Shown here: one piece after another, positions 15,925 to 31,765 of the stretch
Layout: each line of letters opens with the position of its first letter
Numbering within the stretch: position 1 is the first letter of the stretch
Assembly: GCF_009914755.1 (NCBI RefSeq)
Contig: NC_060934.1
Direction: 5' to 3' (one strand)
Origin: the human T2T-CHM13v2.0 reference genome, Homo sapiens
DNA length: 64,000 nt
Translations under genes and position numbers: made by a program
Notes under the pieces: generated by a model
The model's input: the letters and a program-made list of their open reading frames with translations, nothing else
What the model was told of the DNA's origin: nothing
The model's database searches: none

Positions 15925-17900
15925 CTATTCATTCATCCAAATATTTATAAATGCCTAATATATGCCAGGAAATAAGAGCTGGAAAGAAAAGTGAGCAAGA
16001 CCAACATGGCCTCTGCTTTCAAAGAGCTTTTAGTCAAGTGTGGAAATTATATGTGTAAAAAAACATTTTTTATGATAAAAGCACAGAGTGGGTTTGCCTA
16101 AACTAGTGTAAGTGATGCTCAAACTAATACTTGAAGCAGGAGTCAGCAACCTTTTCCTGTAAAAGATCAGATAGTAAATAAGTTAGGCTTCTGGGTCATA
16201 TGGTTTTGCTGCAATTGTTCCACTCTGCCATTGTACTATGAAAACTGCCACAGATATTACATGAATGAGTGTGGATGTGTTCCAAAAAAACTTCACTTAC
16301 TAAAAGAGGTAGTGGGCTGGATTTGTTTTGTAAGCCATGGTTGATCCCTGACCTAAAGGCAAAGCAGGAGTTACTGGAGAACAAAATATGCTCCAGGTAA
16401 AGGGAACAAACAGTATGTGCTAAAAACTGGGAAGGGAATAAGAGGCTTCTTGTTGGTCCTAACAGATGTTCAATATTGATGAAGAGAAAGACTGTACTAT
16501 ATCCCTAGCACTTAACACAGGGTTTGGGAAATAGGAAACAATCCATAAACATCTGTTAATCAACTACAGCTGAAATACAAGGGTGAAAAAAGGGAAGGCA
16601 TGGAAGCAGCAAGGGACAGGTCACTAATCTTACAAGCCATGCTAAGGCAATGGAACTCACTAGACAATCTCTGAGGCAGTGGGAAATCAATGAAGAGTTT
16701 TGAAATTTCCTTTTAAAAAGGATTATACTAACCATAGTGTGGAAAACAGATTAGAGAGGATATAAGCAGAAAAAATACAAACTGTGGCAGTTTTCCAGGT
16801 GAGAGCTGCTAATAGCTTGGACTATGGTAGTAGCAGCAGGGAAGTAAAAAGTGAATGGACTTGACAGATGTTACAGACTTAGCATCACTAATACTTTGTG
16901 ACTGGTTAGATGTGTGAGGGGAAGGAAAGAAGAGCTGAGGATGGCCCCCAGCCTGCTAAGCTGGACAGTCACATGGATGCTGCACTCATCATTCATCCTA
17001 GGAACATGTGAGGAGAAGCATGGGACAGAGAAACCGATTTTGGAAATGCTAAAGTTTGAGGTATCTTTAATACTTGTGCCTGGAGCTTAGTGAAAAGGGC
17101 TAAAGATAATGACTCAAAAGTCCTGCAGCATACTATAAAAATAGTTGGGATCACCCAAAGTTACAATAAAATTAGAACAAGAGGGCATTATGAGAGAAAG
17201 AGAAGCCTGCCAAGGAGATTGAGAGAGAGTTGCCAAAAAGGTGAGAGGAACATCAGCATGTGATGGAAATGAAGCCAAAGGAACAAGCCTATCAAGAAAG
17301 ACAACTGAATTCGACAGTGTTAAAAGATGATAAGAATTCAAGCAAGGGTGGGTCTGAAATGTGTCTACCATATGCAGGGATACATCAGTAATTTTTAATA
17401 AAATGTTGGGGTAAAAGCTAGAATGAAGTGGAGAGGTACAGAACATAGGAAGTGAGGAAACGGAGAATGAATACAGAAGATTATATAAAGTTTGGCTGCA
17501 AAGGAAAGGAGAAAAGCTGGCAGGGCAAAGCCACAGGAGTTTTGATATTTTTAAAAGACAATTATGTTTAAATGTAGAAAGAAAAAGAAAGTGGAGAAAG
17601 GTAAGACATAAAGGATAAAGAAGAATAATCAAGACAGAACCCAAAAAGTCAGAAGAGATGAAATCCATAGCGGAAGTAGAAAGACTAATTTGATTCAGAG
17701 GAGTTTCTTCCATGATAACAAGATTGTTTCTTCCATGATAACAGCAGAAAATATGGCTGCAGATGCAGGCAGTTCATGGGACTGATGGCAAAACGTTGAG
17801 ACAACTGTCACCTGACAGCTCCCATTTTTTCTGTGAAGAAGTAAACACTTGCCAAGAGTAAATAGAAAGGTAAGAGGAAAAACTGAAGTGTGAAGAAAAT
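15925..17900 (-). mobile_element. Degenerate L2 (LINE-2) tract
   Basis: L2 3' end (ATTCATTCATCCAAATATTTATAAATGCC) followed by GA-rich L2 body; explains the low-complexity ORF 17114-17713. Confidence 0.6.
16137..16350 (+). mobile_element. MER58A-like hAT-Charlie DNA transposon nested in L2
   Basis: Termini CAGGAGTCAGCAACCTTTT...GGTTGATCCCTG. Confidence 0.75.
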
Positions 17901-18522
17901 GGTAGGGTTTAGAAAAGATGCTAGAAGATGGTGGAGAACCTCTGACCAAAGACACATGGTAAGATTAGGTGCATTAATATTTCCAGTTCAGGTTAGTGAC
18001 CATGAATTTATTAGCAGAATCAATCTAAATGATGGTAAGGATTTTTTTAGCAACACTCAGCAGCTTAGTTATCAGCAAGGTGTGGAAAAGAAGCTATCTG
18101 GCTTCAAACTGAATCCAGGTTCTGTCTGGTAATGTCACAAGTAGAGTTTACTTAAATGGTTTTATAAGGAGCCAAGGAATAATGTCAGCTCCGGATCTTA
18201 AGCTACACACGTGCGAAGATCTAGAGCAAGATTTACCTTTTAGAAGAAAAAGTAAACACTGTGCATAAGTAACAGAATTTGAAAGCTAAGGAATGGATAA
18301 GAGACTCAACCTATTCTGTCTTATAAATTGCCACTACCAATGTTTAAGGAATATAAACTTTGATTTTTAGAAGCCATGACAGAACTCAAAAGATAATCCA
18401 AAGAAGTTCAGATAAAGAGAAAATATTTAAAAATTTCAGCTAGTAAAATTGTAAAATTTTTTGTTTAATGCAATAACTGCATTTAGAAAATCTTGAAATA
18501 AAATTTAAAAGCTTGCTTATTA

Positions 18523-18693
<171 letters not shown>

Positions 18694-19492
18694 CTATCAA
18701 ATGATCACAACCAAGTTACAAACCATGTATTCTTGTTCTTTATAAACTATTTTGTATAGTGGTTACATATGAATAATCTAAAAATTCTAAAGCACCATTA
18801 ACGTGAAGAAAATATAATGCGAAGTTTACAATCCTAGCTTTTAGTCTCAGATTTCTTATGATTCAGTCATGGGAGTTTTAGCATGTCATTTCACTTTTTA
18901 CTGAATCACCATCTCCTCACCTGAAAAAGAATATATCTCCTCTACCTCAAAAAACTGGCAAGAAGAACAAATAAGAAGGTGTATGAAAAACAATTTAAAA
19001 TTATTAAGTGACCTCAAATTCAGGGTGGTTAAAGGACTACTTCTAAATAAATGAATGATACACATTCATATTCATATTAGAAGACATACTAATCTTACAA
19101 TAAAGACTATAAACACGAAGAGGACTTAACAGATTATTGGCCATTAAAACTATCCATCTATTAAATATATCCAGGAAAAATATAGCCTTCCTGTTATTTT
19201 CTGACACAGTTCTAAGGTCCAACTATCTTTCCAATTGATTCGTTGATGAGACTGCCTTTAGATGAGAAGCCCAAGGATAAGCTATAGACACAGCAAATGT
19301 GCTGTGAAATAGTAATGTTTGGCAAACACTTCAAAGGGACTAACATGGAAGACATTTTCCTTTCAACAAAAGAAGTTGCTAGGAAATTGCTCCTCTACTC
19401 TACTGAGTTCCTTTATTATGGAACATTTCTATATTAATGTCCTTTCCCCACCACTTTAAAAATCAGAATGAATTCAAAATTTAAGATATTTA

Positions 19493-19627
<135 letters not shown>

Positions 19628-19758
19628 TTAAAAGAAACAACAAATCATAATGTGCTAAACTATATCTAAGATTTATTGCCTGTTCCTTCCAAAAGGCCTT
19701 AAAAGTAGATAGCAATAAGTTCTCACTATTTCTCTTTCTGTATTTATTATGCAACTTA

Positions 19759-19884
<126 letters not shown>

Positions 19885-19923
19885 CTAGTGGAAAGAAAAC
19901 AAAAAAAGTGTGACAATTTTTAA

Positions 19924-20157
19924 CCCATTTCCCGTTTGCCCTGAGAATACTCGTCTCTAATCCTAATGTAGCATCATATACATTTCTGTTACGTTAGGAT
20001 AAGAGACAAGTTCTGTTTAGAAATAACTCCAAGAACAGTTTTTTTATTTTATCTTCCACTGAAAATCAGTCAGATTTGTTTCATCCTCGAGTGTGTTTAT
20101 GTAAAATTAAATGAGCGCTGGCAGCAAGCTGCACTTTTTTTCTAAATAGGAAATGGG
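19924..20157 (+). mobile_element. MER75/MER75B piggyBac-family MITE
   Basis: TIRs CCCATTTCCCGTTT / AAATAGGAAATGGG, flanked by TTAA on both sides (19920-19923, 20158-20161). Confidence 0.88.
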
Positions 20158-20474
20158 TTAAAGTTTTATACTTTGAAAAGAAAGCATTGCAATTAAGTTT
20201 ATTAATTGTGAAATACATAGTATACCTAAAATTATTAACCTAAGTTATTAGGTTATTAACCTAAAGTTATACATTTCCTTGCACTCTTCATTCTTCTGAC
20301 ATTTTCTAGGGTTTTTATTTGTTGGAAAAGTTCTCTTATAAAATCCATTTAAGTTGCAGGTACTTTAACATTGGAAATAACCTGCATTTCATTTAACTGC
20401 CTGCCCAACAAAGTACATTCCATATGCAGATGTAGAATATTGCACATATAGAAATTTAATGAAACAAGAGAACT

Positions 20475-21060
<586 letters not shown>

Positions 21061-21258
21061 TTATGTTTCTGACAAAAAATTAAAATGATCTGTAGAGTTA
21101 ACTAATAGCCATTAAATACAGTTAAATTTGACAGTTTTCAGCAAATTACTAGAAGTTACTAACCTGATAAGATGAGCAAAGTGTTAAGTTCTTTGTACAC
21201 ACACATCAAAGACAATTCTTTGGTTTACGGCTGTGGTATCTATTTAAAACCGTCTTTT

Positions 21259-22174
<916 letters not shown>

Positions 22175-22907
22175 ACTGTCTTTTTATAGACTGATGCTGC
22201 AATTTGGTTTCTGTTCCTAACCATTCTCCTAAGATGGCAACTCTGAAAGTTTTCAGGGGCTACCCGTATTAAATCCAATTACTTCTTCTTCTTCTTATTC
22301 TTTACTTACTTGCTCCGGTTCTGATCACCCCTGACTCTTTCAATATCCTTCCTGTTTCCATTACAGGACAATATTCTCCTTCTCTTTCTGCCCTCTTCAT
22401 TGTTCCCTGACTGGCTTTTACTTCCTGTGGTGATTTTCCAAGATACAGCCTGGCCATGGAGCTCTTTCTTCATAATTCTCCCTAAGCAAACTGATCCATG
22501 GTTTTGCTTATCATGTGGATTTCAAATGGGACTTTTGGTATCATCTCCTCTCAGTAGCTTCCCTTCAGAAAAAAGGCAGATCAGATGCCGCCTACTCTGC
22601 TTTTCCATAGATATAATTTAGGCATGCCCTGGATTCTAATGATCAATACATTATACTATAGCTTATATGTTCCCCTAATACAGCATATAGCTTCTCGATA
22701 GCGACTAACTCAATACTTGCCACATATTAATTGTTCGACTACTATCTGTTGAATTAATACAGGAATATCTAATATAAGCCTCTAGTTAGGTTGGGTTCCC
22801 CAAATACCCAATACTCATCTCCCTTTGTTCCTTTTTTTTTTTTTTGCTGTTCCTCCACATGGAATGCCTTTCCCTGCATCTCTTGAACCATCTAAATTGC
22901 ATTAATA

Positions 22908-23233
<326 letters not shown>

Positions 23234-23479
23234 TTACATGTCATTAAAAAAAATAAATCTACCATGTAAGTACTGAAAGTTATATATTTTCAGTTGCTAG
23301 TTTTTAATAATAATTTGACTTGTATTAAAACTTAGTACCACTTTTAAAATATAAGCAATTATTTATTTTTTCAAATATTGACTTTTTAAAATACTAGACT
23401 CAATGGACAGGGAGGGAGAAAAAGAGACAGAGAGAAGGAACTTTATATATGTTTTTCTACTACTATATCATTAATAACT

Positions 23480-24280
23480 AAAAAGAGCCTGGCACATAGT
23501 AAGCACTTCATTCGCTCAAAAAATAGCAATTGAGAGATTCCCATATGCCAAATAAATATTTATTAAATAAATGAGTAAGGGAAAAGTGAGAATCACATTA
23601 AATGTTTTGGTTAAGGTATTGACTGTGTTTCACTTATTCATTCATTCAGTATTCACTGGGCATCTATGCACCAGGCATTGTTCTATGCTCCAGGGACATA
23701 CTGTATAAGAAAACAAACATAATCTCACCTTCATGAAGCTCATATTCTAGTAATGGAGACACTAAATACAATACATAAGTAAAACATACTAGTAGCAAGT
23801 GCTAAGGAATAAAAATAAAGCAAGGACATGAGAAAGTCCGGATAGAATGAAAGTTTGGAGAGATGAAAGTTTAGATAGAATACCTGGGGAAAGTCTCATT
23901 GAGAAGGTGCTAGGTGAGTACAGACTAAAAAGACATGAGCAAGAAGATCTGCTGAAGGACTGGATATGCTAACTGAGAAATTAAGGATAAATCCAAGGCT
24001 TTTGGCCTGAGCAATGAGATGGAATGAGATGGATGGATTGTCATTTATTGACATAGGAAAGCAATGGAGGAAAGGGTACATTTTTAGTTCAATTTTAGAC
24101 ATGTTAAGTTTAAGATGCCTTAAGTCATCCAAGATGTCGTATGTCAAATAAGCAGCTAAATATATGAATCTGGAGTTGCCTTAAGTCGTTCAAGATGTTG
24201 GATGTCAAATAAGCAGCTAAATATATGAATCTGGAGTTCTGGGTAGAAGTTGTAAATCTGGGAGTCACTAGCATATAGTT
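23480..24280. mobile_element. L2 fragments
   Basis: L2 3' motifs (CCTGGCACATAGTAAGCAC; TTCATTCATTCA...CCAGGCATTGTTCTA). Confidence 0.65.
24117..24238 (+). repeat. 61 bp tandem duplication (2 copies, 4 mismatches)
   Basis: GCCTTAAGTC...TGAATCTGGAGTT at 24117-24177 and 24178-24238. Confidence 0.92.
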
Positions 24281-25620
24281 TTCTACTCCTATGTTTTCAA
24301 GTACACTAATCTTGTCCTCTGCAGTTTTTAATCTGCTATTAATTCCATCCAATGTATTTTTCAGTTCAGACATTATGTCAATCTGTTTTTTTTCTCTTTC
24401 ATGTCTCTCCTTATCATACTCATGCTTTTGTCTATCTCCTTGGACATATGGAATGTATTTATAAGAGCTGCTTTAACATCATTGCCTCATTGTCTACTAA
24501 TTCTATTATTTATGTCATTTCTGAATCTTTTTTTTTTTTAAGACACAGGACAGGATCTTGCTGTGTTGCCCAGGCTGGAGTGCAGTGGCATGATCATAGC
24601 TTCAACTCCTGGGCTCAAGTGATCCTCCCATCTCAGCCTCCCAAGTGGCTAGGACTACAGGCATACACCACCACACCTGGCTAATTTTTAAAGTTCTTTG
24701 TGTAGAGATGGGGACCTCGCTATGTTGCCCAGGCTGGTCTCAAACTCCTGACCTCAAGCAATCCTCCCACCTCAGCCTCCCCAAGTGCTAGAATTACAGG
24801 TGTGAGACACCGTGCCTGGATCTGTTCCTACTGATCTAGTGTTCCTTCCTTCTCATGATGGGCTCCATTTTCCTGCCTCTTTGCATGCCTGGTAATTTTT
24901 GACTGGATGCCAAACACAGTAAATTTATGCTTTTAGGTGCCAGAGTTCTTCGTAGTCATTTAAATATTTTGGGCCTTTGTTTTGGGACATAGTAAATTTA
25001 CTTGAAACAAATTATTTGAAGCTTGCTTTTAAAGTTTTGTTAAGGCAGATTTATAACAGACTTAATCTAAGGCAAATTCATCCTCACAACTAAAGCAATA
25101 ACCTTCTGGGGGCTGCTTGATGCAGCCCTGCCTGATGTGTGTTGAGAGGTCATTTCTCTTTGACTGATGGAAACATGAACAATTTCCTAGCCTTGTGGGA
25201 GCTCTAGGGATTGTTGCCCCTATTTCTTCCCCCTCCTCTGTAGTTTCCTCTCTTAACACACACACACACACGCACGCACACACATACACGCACGCACGCA
25301 CACATGTACTGATCAGTAGTCAGCTGAAGACTTGAAGGGAACTCACTGCACATTGTTGTATTTTTCTCTTTTCTGGGACTCTGCCTTGGTTCCCCATATT
25401 TTGAACTCTATCTCCTCAATTCAGGTAGACTGCTGGGCTGTCCAGGTTCTTCTTGTTCTGCAGACTGGAACTCTCCAGGAATACCTCATTTGTTTCCCTT
25501 CACTCAGAGATCACTGTCCTATGCTGCCTGTTGTCTCAAGTCTGAAAGCCTTCATTTCATATATTTTGTCTTTTGTTTTTTAAGGTAGAAGGGTAAATTT
25601 GGACCTTGTTATTCCATAAT
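24281..25620 (-). mobile_element. Old L1 5'/ORF1 remnant, interrupted by an Alu (24528-24820, -) and a (CA/CG)n tract
   Basis: ORF 24125-24373 begins SELKNTLDGINSRLKTAEDKISVLE, typical of the L1 ORF1p coiled coil. Confidence 0.75.
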
Positions 25621-28026
25621 ACAATATAGTCAATAGAATACAGTTATAGAACACTACAGTTATAGAACATAGAATATAGTTTTATTAAGTGAGATAAAAT
25701 GGCAAAGCAAATAAGAAGCCCATTCTGGCTTCTAATGACTGGGCCTTCTGAGTAAACAAACCATTTAAGAATGACACTATCACTGACAACACGACAGCCT
25801 CGGGAGAAGAGCTTATTAAGCAACAGTCTTACCTCGGGTGACCTAGTGTACAGAACATATCATAAAATACACCAAGCCCTTGTCACACATTAGGCCTGTA
25901 CTATATTACCATCTACAACCTCCTGCTGGTCTAGCTTCTGGGTCCAAGAATATTCTTCTAGCTTTCTCTGAAGCAGTTATGTCTGGCAAGCACCCAGCAT
26001 AGTCAAACCATGGCAGCCAAAGAACCACAGCCACATCTATTGCTAGCCGTATATACGTTCAGTGAGATTATCTCATCCTGATATCAGGTAGGTGAATAAG
26101 TAGCAACCAGGTAGGCAAACAAGTAGATGAGGTACACTGGGGGAAATTCATCTTTATTTACTGTACTCCAAATAAAAGGCTTCTGTTTTTACAGGCTAGG
26201 TGTTTAAAACACATTTTCAGTTAAATCCCAAAGGAGTTTAGGGAAGGAAACAAATTGTTTCTCTTGGGTAGTCTGATGATCTGGGTAGCCAGCCCACCTA
26301 CTCTTAAGTTCTGGTAATATGCACTGGGGGTCTGACCAGAAGCTACTGATCACAATGGATCCAGTAAGCTACAGGACTGCAGTATTATTAGTACCTAAGA
26401 CTTGGTGGGCAGGAACCAGAAACCAGAAAGGGTGCCTCAAGAAAAATTTACTAAGTGTCTCGTGTCTCTTGCCCACATCTCAAGAGGTAGACTATAATAA
26501 CCACATGATTATTAAATCTTGTATCCTTTGATCCAGGGACTCCTTCCAACATCCAATAGGTAAATACATAAAACAAGTAACCGGGAGCCCATCTTGGACA
26601 CTCTTTGAAAGTAACGACTGTGTCTCCTAAGGCTTTTATAGCCTCCAAGTTATCTAATACAGTGTTATGCACAAAGCTTGCTGGTTAATAAATGCCTTTA
26701 GTTAAAAAGAACTAGTGAATTTCTACATACCAAGTCAATATGCTTGTTCATTTTCTAGCAATCTGCACCATGTAACCTTACAGAAGTCAGCCTTAAATCA
26801 CCTCTCTAACCTATTTACAGACTACCTGGTTTCATCTGAGCTCAAAGCTGCCATTAAGATCTCTTACACAGATCTGTAACAGTTCTTTTGTTCCTAAGTG
26901 CTAGTATTCTAACAGGTTTCAGGAGCCTGTCTCTTAGCACTCTGGATGAAGATGAGGAAAGTACCACAGATATCAGACATGACCAAGTATGATGTTCTGA
27001 TCTTGAAGCAACTCAGGTAGTTGAGAATCATTACTGTTTTTATGAATTTGGAATTTCAATTCCTCATTCTGTAACTCAAAGTAAAGAGAAAATTTAGATG
27101 GCTTAGCCGTGTTGAGCTCCAGAGACTGTCATCCTCCTCCTTTCTGAAAATTCTTTCTCTGCCTTGGCAGTTCCCTCACACATGTGCTGATTAGTAGGTC
27201 AGCTTCAGACTTGAGGGAAACCCACTATTCTCTAATCTACCTTTGACCACTGTCAACAGAGACTATTCCTCCTACAGTTTTCTCTGATAATGCTATATCA
27301 GAGAATACAATATAACCAAGGGTTATTAGCAGTTCTACTGATTTAGAACTATTTAATGCGGTAATCCACGATTATGATTTTAACCAATATCATTAAGACT
27401 GTTTGTGAAAACCTGGAAACTGATATTTTCATAAACTTACACTTCTTAAGTCACAATTCAGAGTTGTTCTTTTACTTCACATTCTATCATCTTCAGATTT
27501 TTATTACCTCTAATATCAGCTCAGTTAGTGCTTAAAATTACGGCATCAGGTATCAGCCTTTATAATTACTTATATTAGCTTTTTAATAAAATTATATTCA
27601 CTAGGCACAATACCAATGGAGTCATATTTATAAAAAAGTTAAGGCAACTTATTCTTAAAATCTTTATATTATATTTAAATAAGAATGTATATTTTTTGAG
27701 TATAAAATCTTAGCATCATTGATTTTTTAAAATTTCTAGAGTTTACATTCAAATTTGGAAACTTACACATTCTCCCCCGTCCAATTTCTCAGTGTTATTT
27801 AAATTTTGCATATCAAAAAATGCTTAAAGAACAGGGCAAATTTGGGTGTTGCAAACTATGAATAGTAAAATTTAACATCCCACCCCATTTAATATGTAAA
27901 TAATGTGAGGACATTTCTTTTTCATAATCACCAAATATTCAGGTCCAAACTAACTTGCAGGTCACTAAACTAAGCTTCATGCCTCATTAACTGTTATTGC
28001 ATTTGCTCTTAAAACTCATTCTAATC

Positions 28027-28080
28027 TGAAAGAGCGAGACTCCGTCTCAAAAAAAAAACAAAAACAAAAACAAAAACAAA
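28027..28080 (+). mobile_element. Extremely 5'-truncated Alu (last ~22 nt plus tail)
   Basis: AGAGCGAGACTCCGTCTC + A/CAAAAA tail between perfect 16 bp TSDs AAAACTCATTCTAATC (28011-28026, 28081-28096). Confidence 0.9.
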
Positions 28081-28093
28081 AAAACTCATTCTA

Positions 28094-28243
<150 letters not shown>

Positions 28244-29172
28244 CTAAAATAATATCACTAGGTCATATATTTTCATTTATAGAATCAATTAATTATATCT
28301 TTTATATTCCCCACAAAGTAATCAGTCCAGTAACACTATAATCAAGGGCTGGCACACTATAGCCCACAGACTATAAAACTTATTTAAAGTCCAAATGAGA
28401 AGAGGGTAGTAAAATCCTAAATCCAATTAATAGACACAAAGATGATTTACATTTACATTTTAACCAATTGGATGTATTGTCAACACAACATATCTTTATG
28501 ATTCTTAACTGGCTGGCATTAAGGTGAAATATGAACTAAATTGGTTTTGTCAGAATTCCTGAGAACAATGACAATATTCCTGAACTAAAAGCTAATGAAT
28601 TAAAAAAAAATTTATCATTGAAAAATGATAATGCCCTGGAAATATGACCATTGAGAGGCTGCTAGTTAACAGGAAGGGTTCTGAATAGCTGGCTCAGTAA
28701 CTAAATCTCTTTAGATAGTATCTAAGAAAGACATGTTTTTCTGTAAGAAAAACATAAATTTTCTTCTATGGTGATGTGTTATATTAAGATTATATCAAAT
28801 TATACTTCTGGTTCTAAAACTATTCATTTTACACTACTATATACATATTTTACCAAAATATAATCTTCCCTTGAGATGCAAATTTCTCCAACATACAGAT
28901 TTTAAAAGAAAGTTTTTAGAAAGCTCAAGAAAAAGTTATCTAATAAACAACATGTGCCAACACTTATTTTTTCCCTAGCAAACCTTTTCTCTGCAGACAA
29001 GTAATAGAACACTTGAATTACTAAAAAATTCATGGTTTTAGAAGGTAAACTAATAAAAACAACTTTACGTTTGAGTGTTAACCATGTTAAATTATGATTA
29101 TTTGATTAAATATGGAAAAGCAAAGAGAACAAATTTCAAATAAGGTCAACATATTTCAAATGGCACAAGTTA

Positions 29173-29406
<234 letters not shown>

Positions 29407-29659
29407 TTAGCATTAATGAAAAATAATGTTTCAAATGGAAATGTATTGAAATACATGGTATTTGTCTCTTATATTACCAATGCATTGTTTGGTTTTTGCA
29501 CAACATTCCCAGGACTTGTGCCATGAAATTTTAAAATGAAAGAAAAAATTTAAAATTATAGAAAAATGGTACAATATCCCTAGCATTTGCCTTTACCCTT
29601 TCCTGTTCCTTTTACTTCGGCTAATATGGTTGCTATTTTCCACGTACTCCTCCAGATCC

Positions 29660-30055
29660 CCTTTCCCACTTTTTTTAAATCCCAACTGGTGTCCCAGGAA
29701 CATGATGACATCATGAACCCTATCAATAAGCTCTCTTGCCCTCAAACTTCCAGTTGGGTTCACCCAACAGAAGGCAGTAGGCAGAAGCTTGGGAACGTAG
29801 GCAGAGTGAGATCTGGCTCCTCCAGAGTTCCCACAGGTTGGCTGATGGCCACTCCCCTTGTCAGGTGCCCTCTCTATACAACTACCCTCTGGGGTGTAAT
29901 ACCTGCTCCTTGTCCAGCAGCCCTGAAATTCTGCATCTTCCCTTTTTGGGATCCCTACATCTTGTCCACACCTTGACAAAGAATCTTTTTATTAAATTAT
30001 CTTCATCACCGGTTTAAGTGTGCCATCTGTTTTCTGCCAGGACCCTGACTGTATA
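29660..30055 (+). mobile_element. LTR33-like ERVL LTR
   Basis: 3' end GTGTGCCATCTGTTTTCTGCCAGGACCCTGACT, typical of LTR33. Confidence 0.65.
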
Positions 30056-31474
30056 GCCGACAATTTCTAAAATCTTAACTCCCTTTCGAAAATTAAGTAG
30101 CCATATGCTAACAAATGACCATTTAATTTCCTATTTATGTAAAGCTTTCTGAAGCATTTTACACTTAATAAGAAATACCTAACTGGATTAAGTATGAAAA
30201 CTATATACTCATTTAAAAATTTTCTATTAGTATGAACTGGTACTCCATATTCTGAAATTTCACAGAATGAAAACTTCTACAAATAGTCCTTCTTTGAAGT
30301 AACTCATGGTTTGCAAATATGGTGAAGCACACATTTAATTTACAAAAGATAGAACTTCAAACTTTAGGAATTTTCAATATCTTTTAGTGGTAAATAAACA
30401 CTGATGATGCAACTGAATTGAAGAAGGTAACTATTAAAATAAAGTGAGCAGAATGTAGGGAAAGCTTCTATGCTTTGATGAAAAATGGCTGCAAAAATGT
30501 TTCATAAAATTCTGGCACTGCTGATAAGCACATCTAGTCAACACTGAGAATGCTATACATACACATATAAGTAATTTTAAAAATCTCCCAATTGGGATTT
30601 GTTTCCATTGAAATAGTCATACTAATTTTCAAATTAAGAAAGACATTGCATTAGGGATATGATAGGCCCCGAGGTTGTAACAATGTGCTTGTAGACAAAG
30701 ACTGAGAAAGTTATGCTGGACTTGGCCAACAGAATTAGATTTTTAGACAACTGAATATCTGTACTTAGAAAAAGTCAATAGCTCAATGTCAACTTTAAGA
30801 GAAGTCTGGTTTCATAATAATTTAATATTCAGATAATGTATCATCTATTGGAAACAAAGTAGCAGTTGTGGCCTCTGAAAGAGCTCACCATCTAGTGAGA
30901 AAGGCATATAAACAAACATTATAATATGAAAAATTATAGTAAATGAATGTACAAAGTCCTTCAAAACATGAAAATACTTACATCCCCTGGGAGGAGTTGG
31001 CAGGAAGGGTAAAAGATGCTATACTTGAGCTAGGTATTAAAGGCTAAGCAGAATTCTATAGAATGTAAGGGGTGAATCAAGGAAAGGAATTAAAAATAGA
31101 GTGAATATCATGTGCAAACACCTAAAAGTATAAAACAGCATGACACATTTAGGAGATATCAAGTTATTTTATTGGGCTTAAATTTGGTGTGTTGGCTGGA
31201 GTGGGAAGAAAGTAGTTATAAAAACAAAAAGAGGTATAGATTAGATCCTCAAAGGAAGAAGAATTTCTGTCATGGTAATAAGTTGAGGTTTTATTCCATA
31301 GTCAACATAAAGCCAAAGAAGAATTTATAAATCAGAAGCTCTTATTAAAATGTGTGTTTTAGTAAGATAACTGGTAGCAGCATGGGAGCTTCACTGAAGT
31401 TGAGAGATAGGGGGTAGAAAATAATCAAAAAAAGACAGTTGTAATAGACAAGGTGAAATATTATGAGGGTCTTG

Positions 31475-31765
31475 GCTGGATGCAAGGAGTCATGCCTGTA
31501 ATCCCAGCACTTTGGGAGACTGAGGTGAGCAGATCGCCTGAGCCCAGGAGTTTGAGACCAGCCTGGACAACATGGCAAAATCCCCTATCTACAAAAAAAA
31601 CAAAAAACAAAATTAGCTGGGCATGGTGGTGTGCACCTGTAGTCCCAGCTATTTGGGAGGGCTAAGGTGGGAGGTCTCTTGAGCCCAGGAGGTTGAGGCT
31701 GCAGTTAGCCATGATTGCACCATTGCACTCCAGCCTGGGCAACAGACCCTGTCTCAAAAAAAATA
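31475..31765 (+). mobile_element. AluJ-like element within L2 remnant
   Basis: Alu consensus match. Confidence 0.9.

Noticed and set aside
17114-17713. 199 aa hydrophobic ORF
   Set aside because: Pyrimidine-rich strand of a decayed L2; L/S/F-biased with no recognisable domain.
27170-27226. Similarity to 25245-25350
   Set aside because: Most simply two fragments of related old L1 sequence, not a specific duplication.
29587-29979. Overlapping 129/128 aa antiparallel ORFs
   Set aside because: Fall largely in an LTR33-like remnant; no homology recognised.
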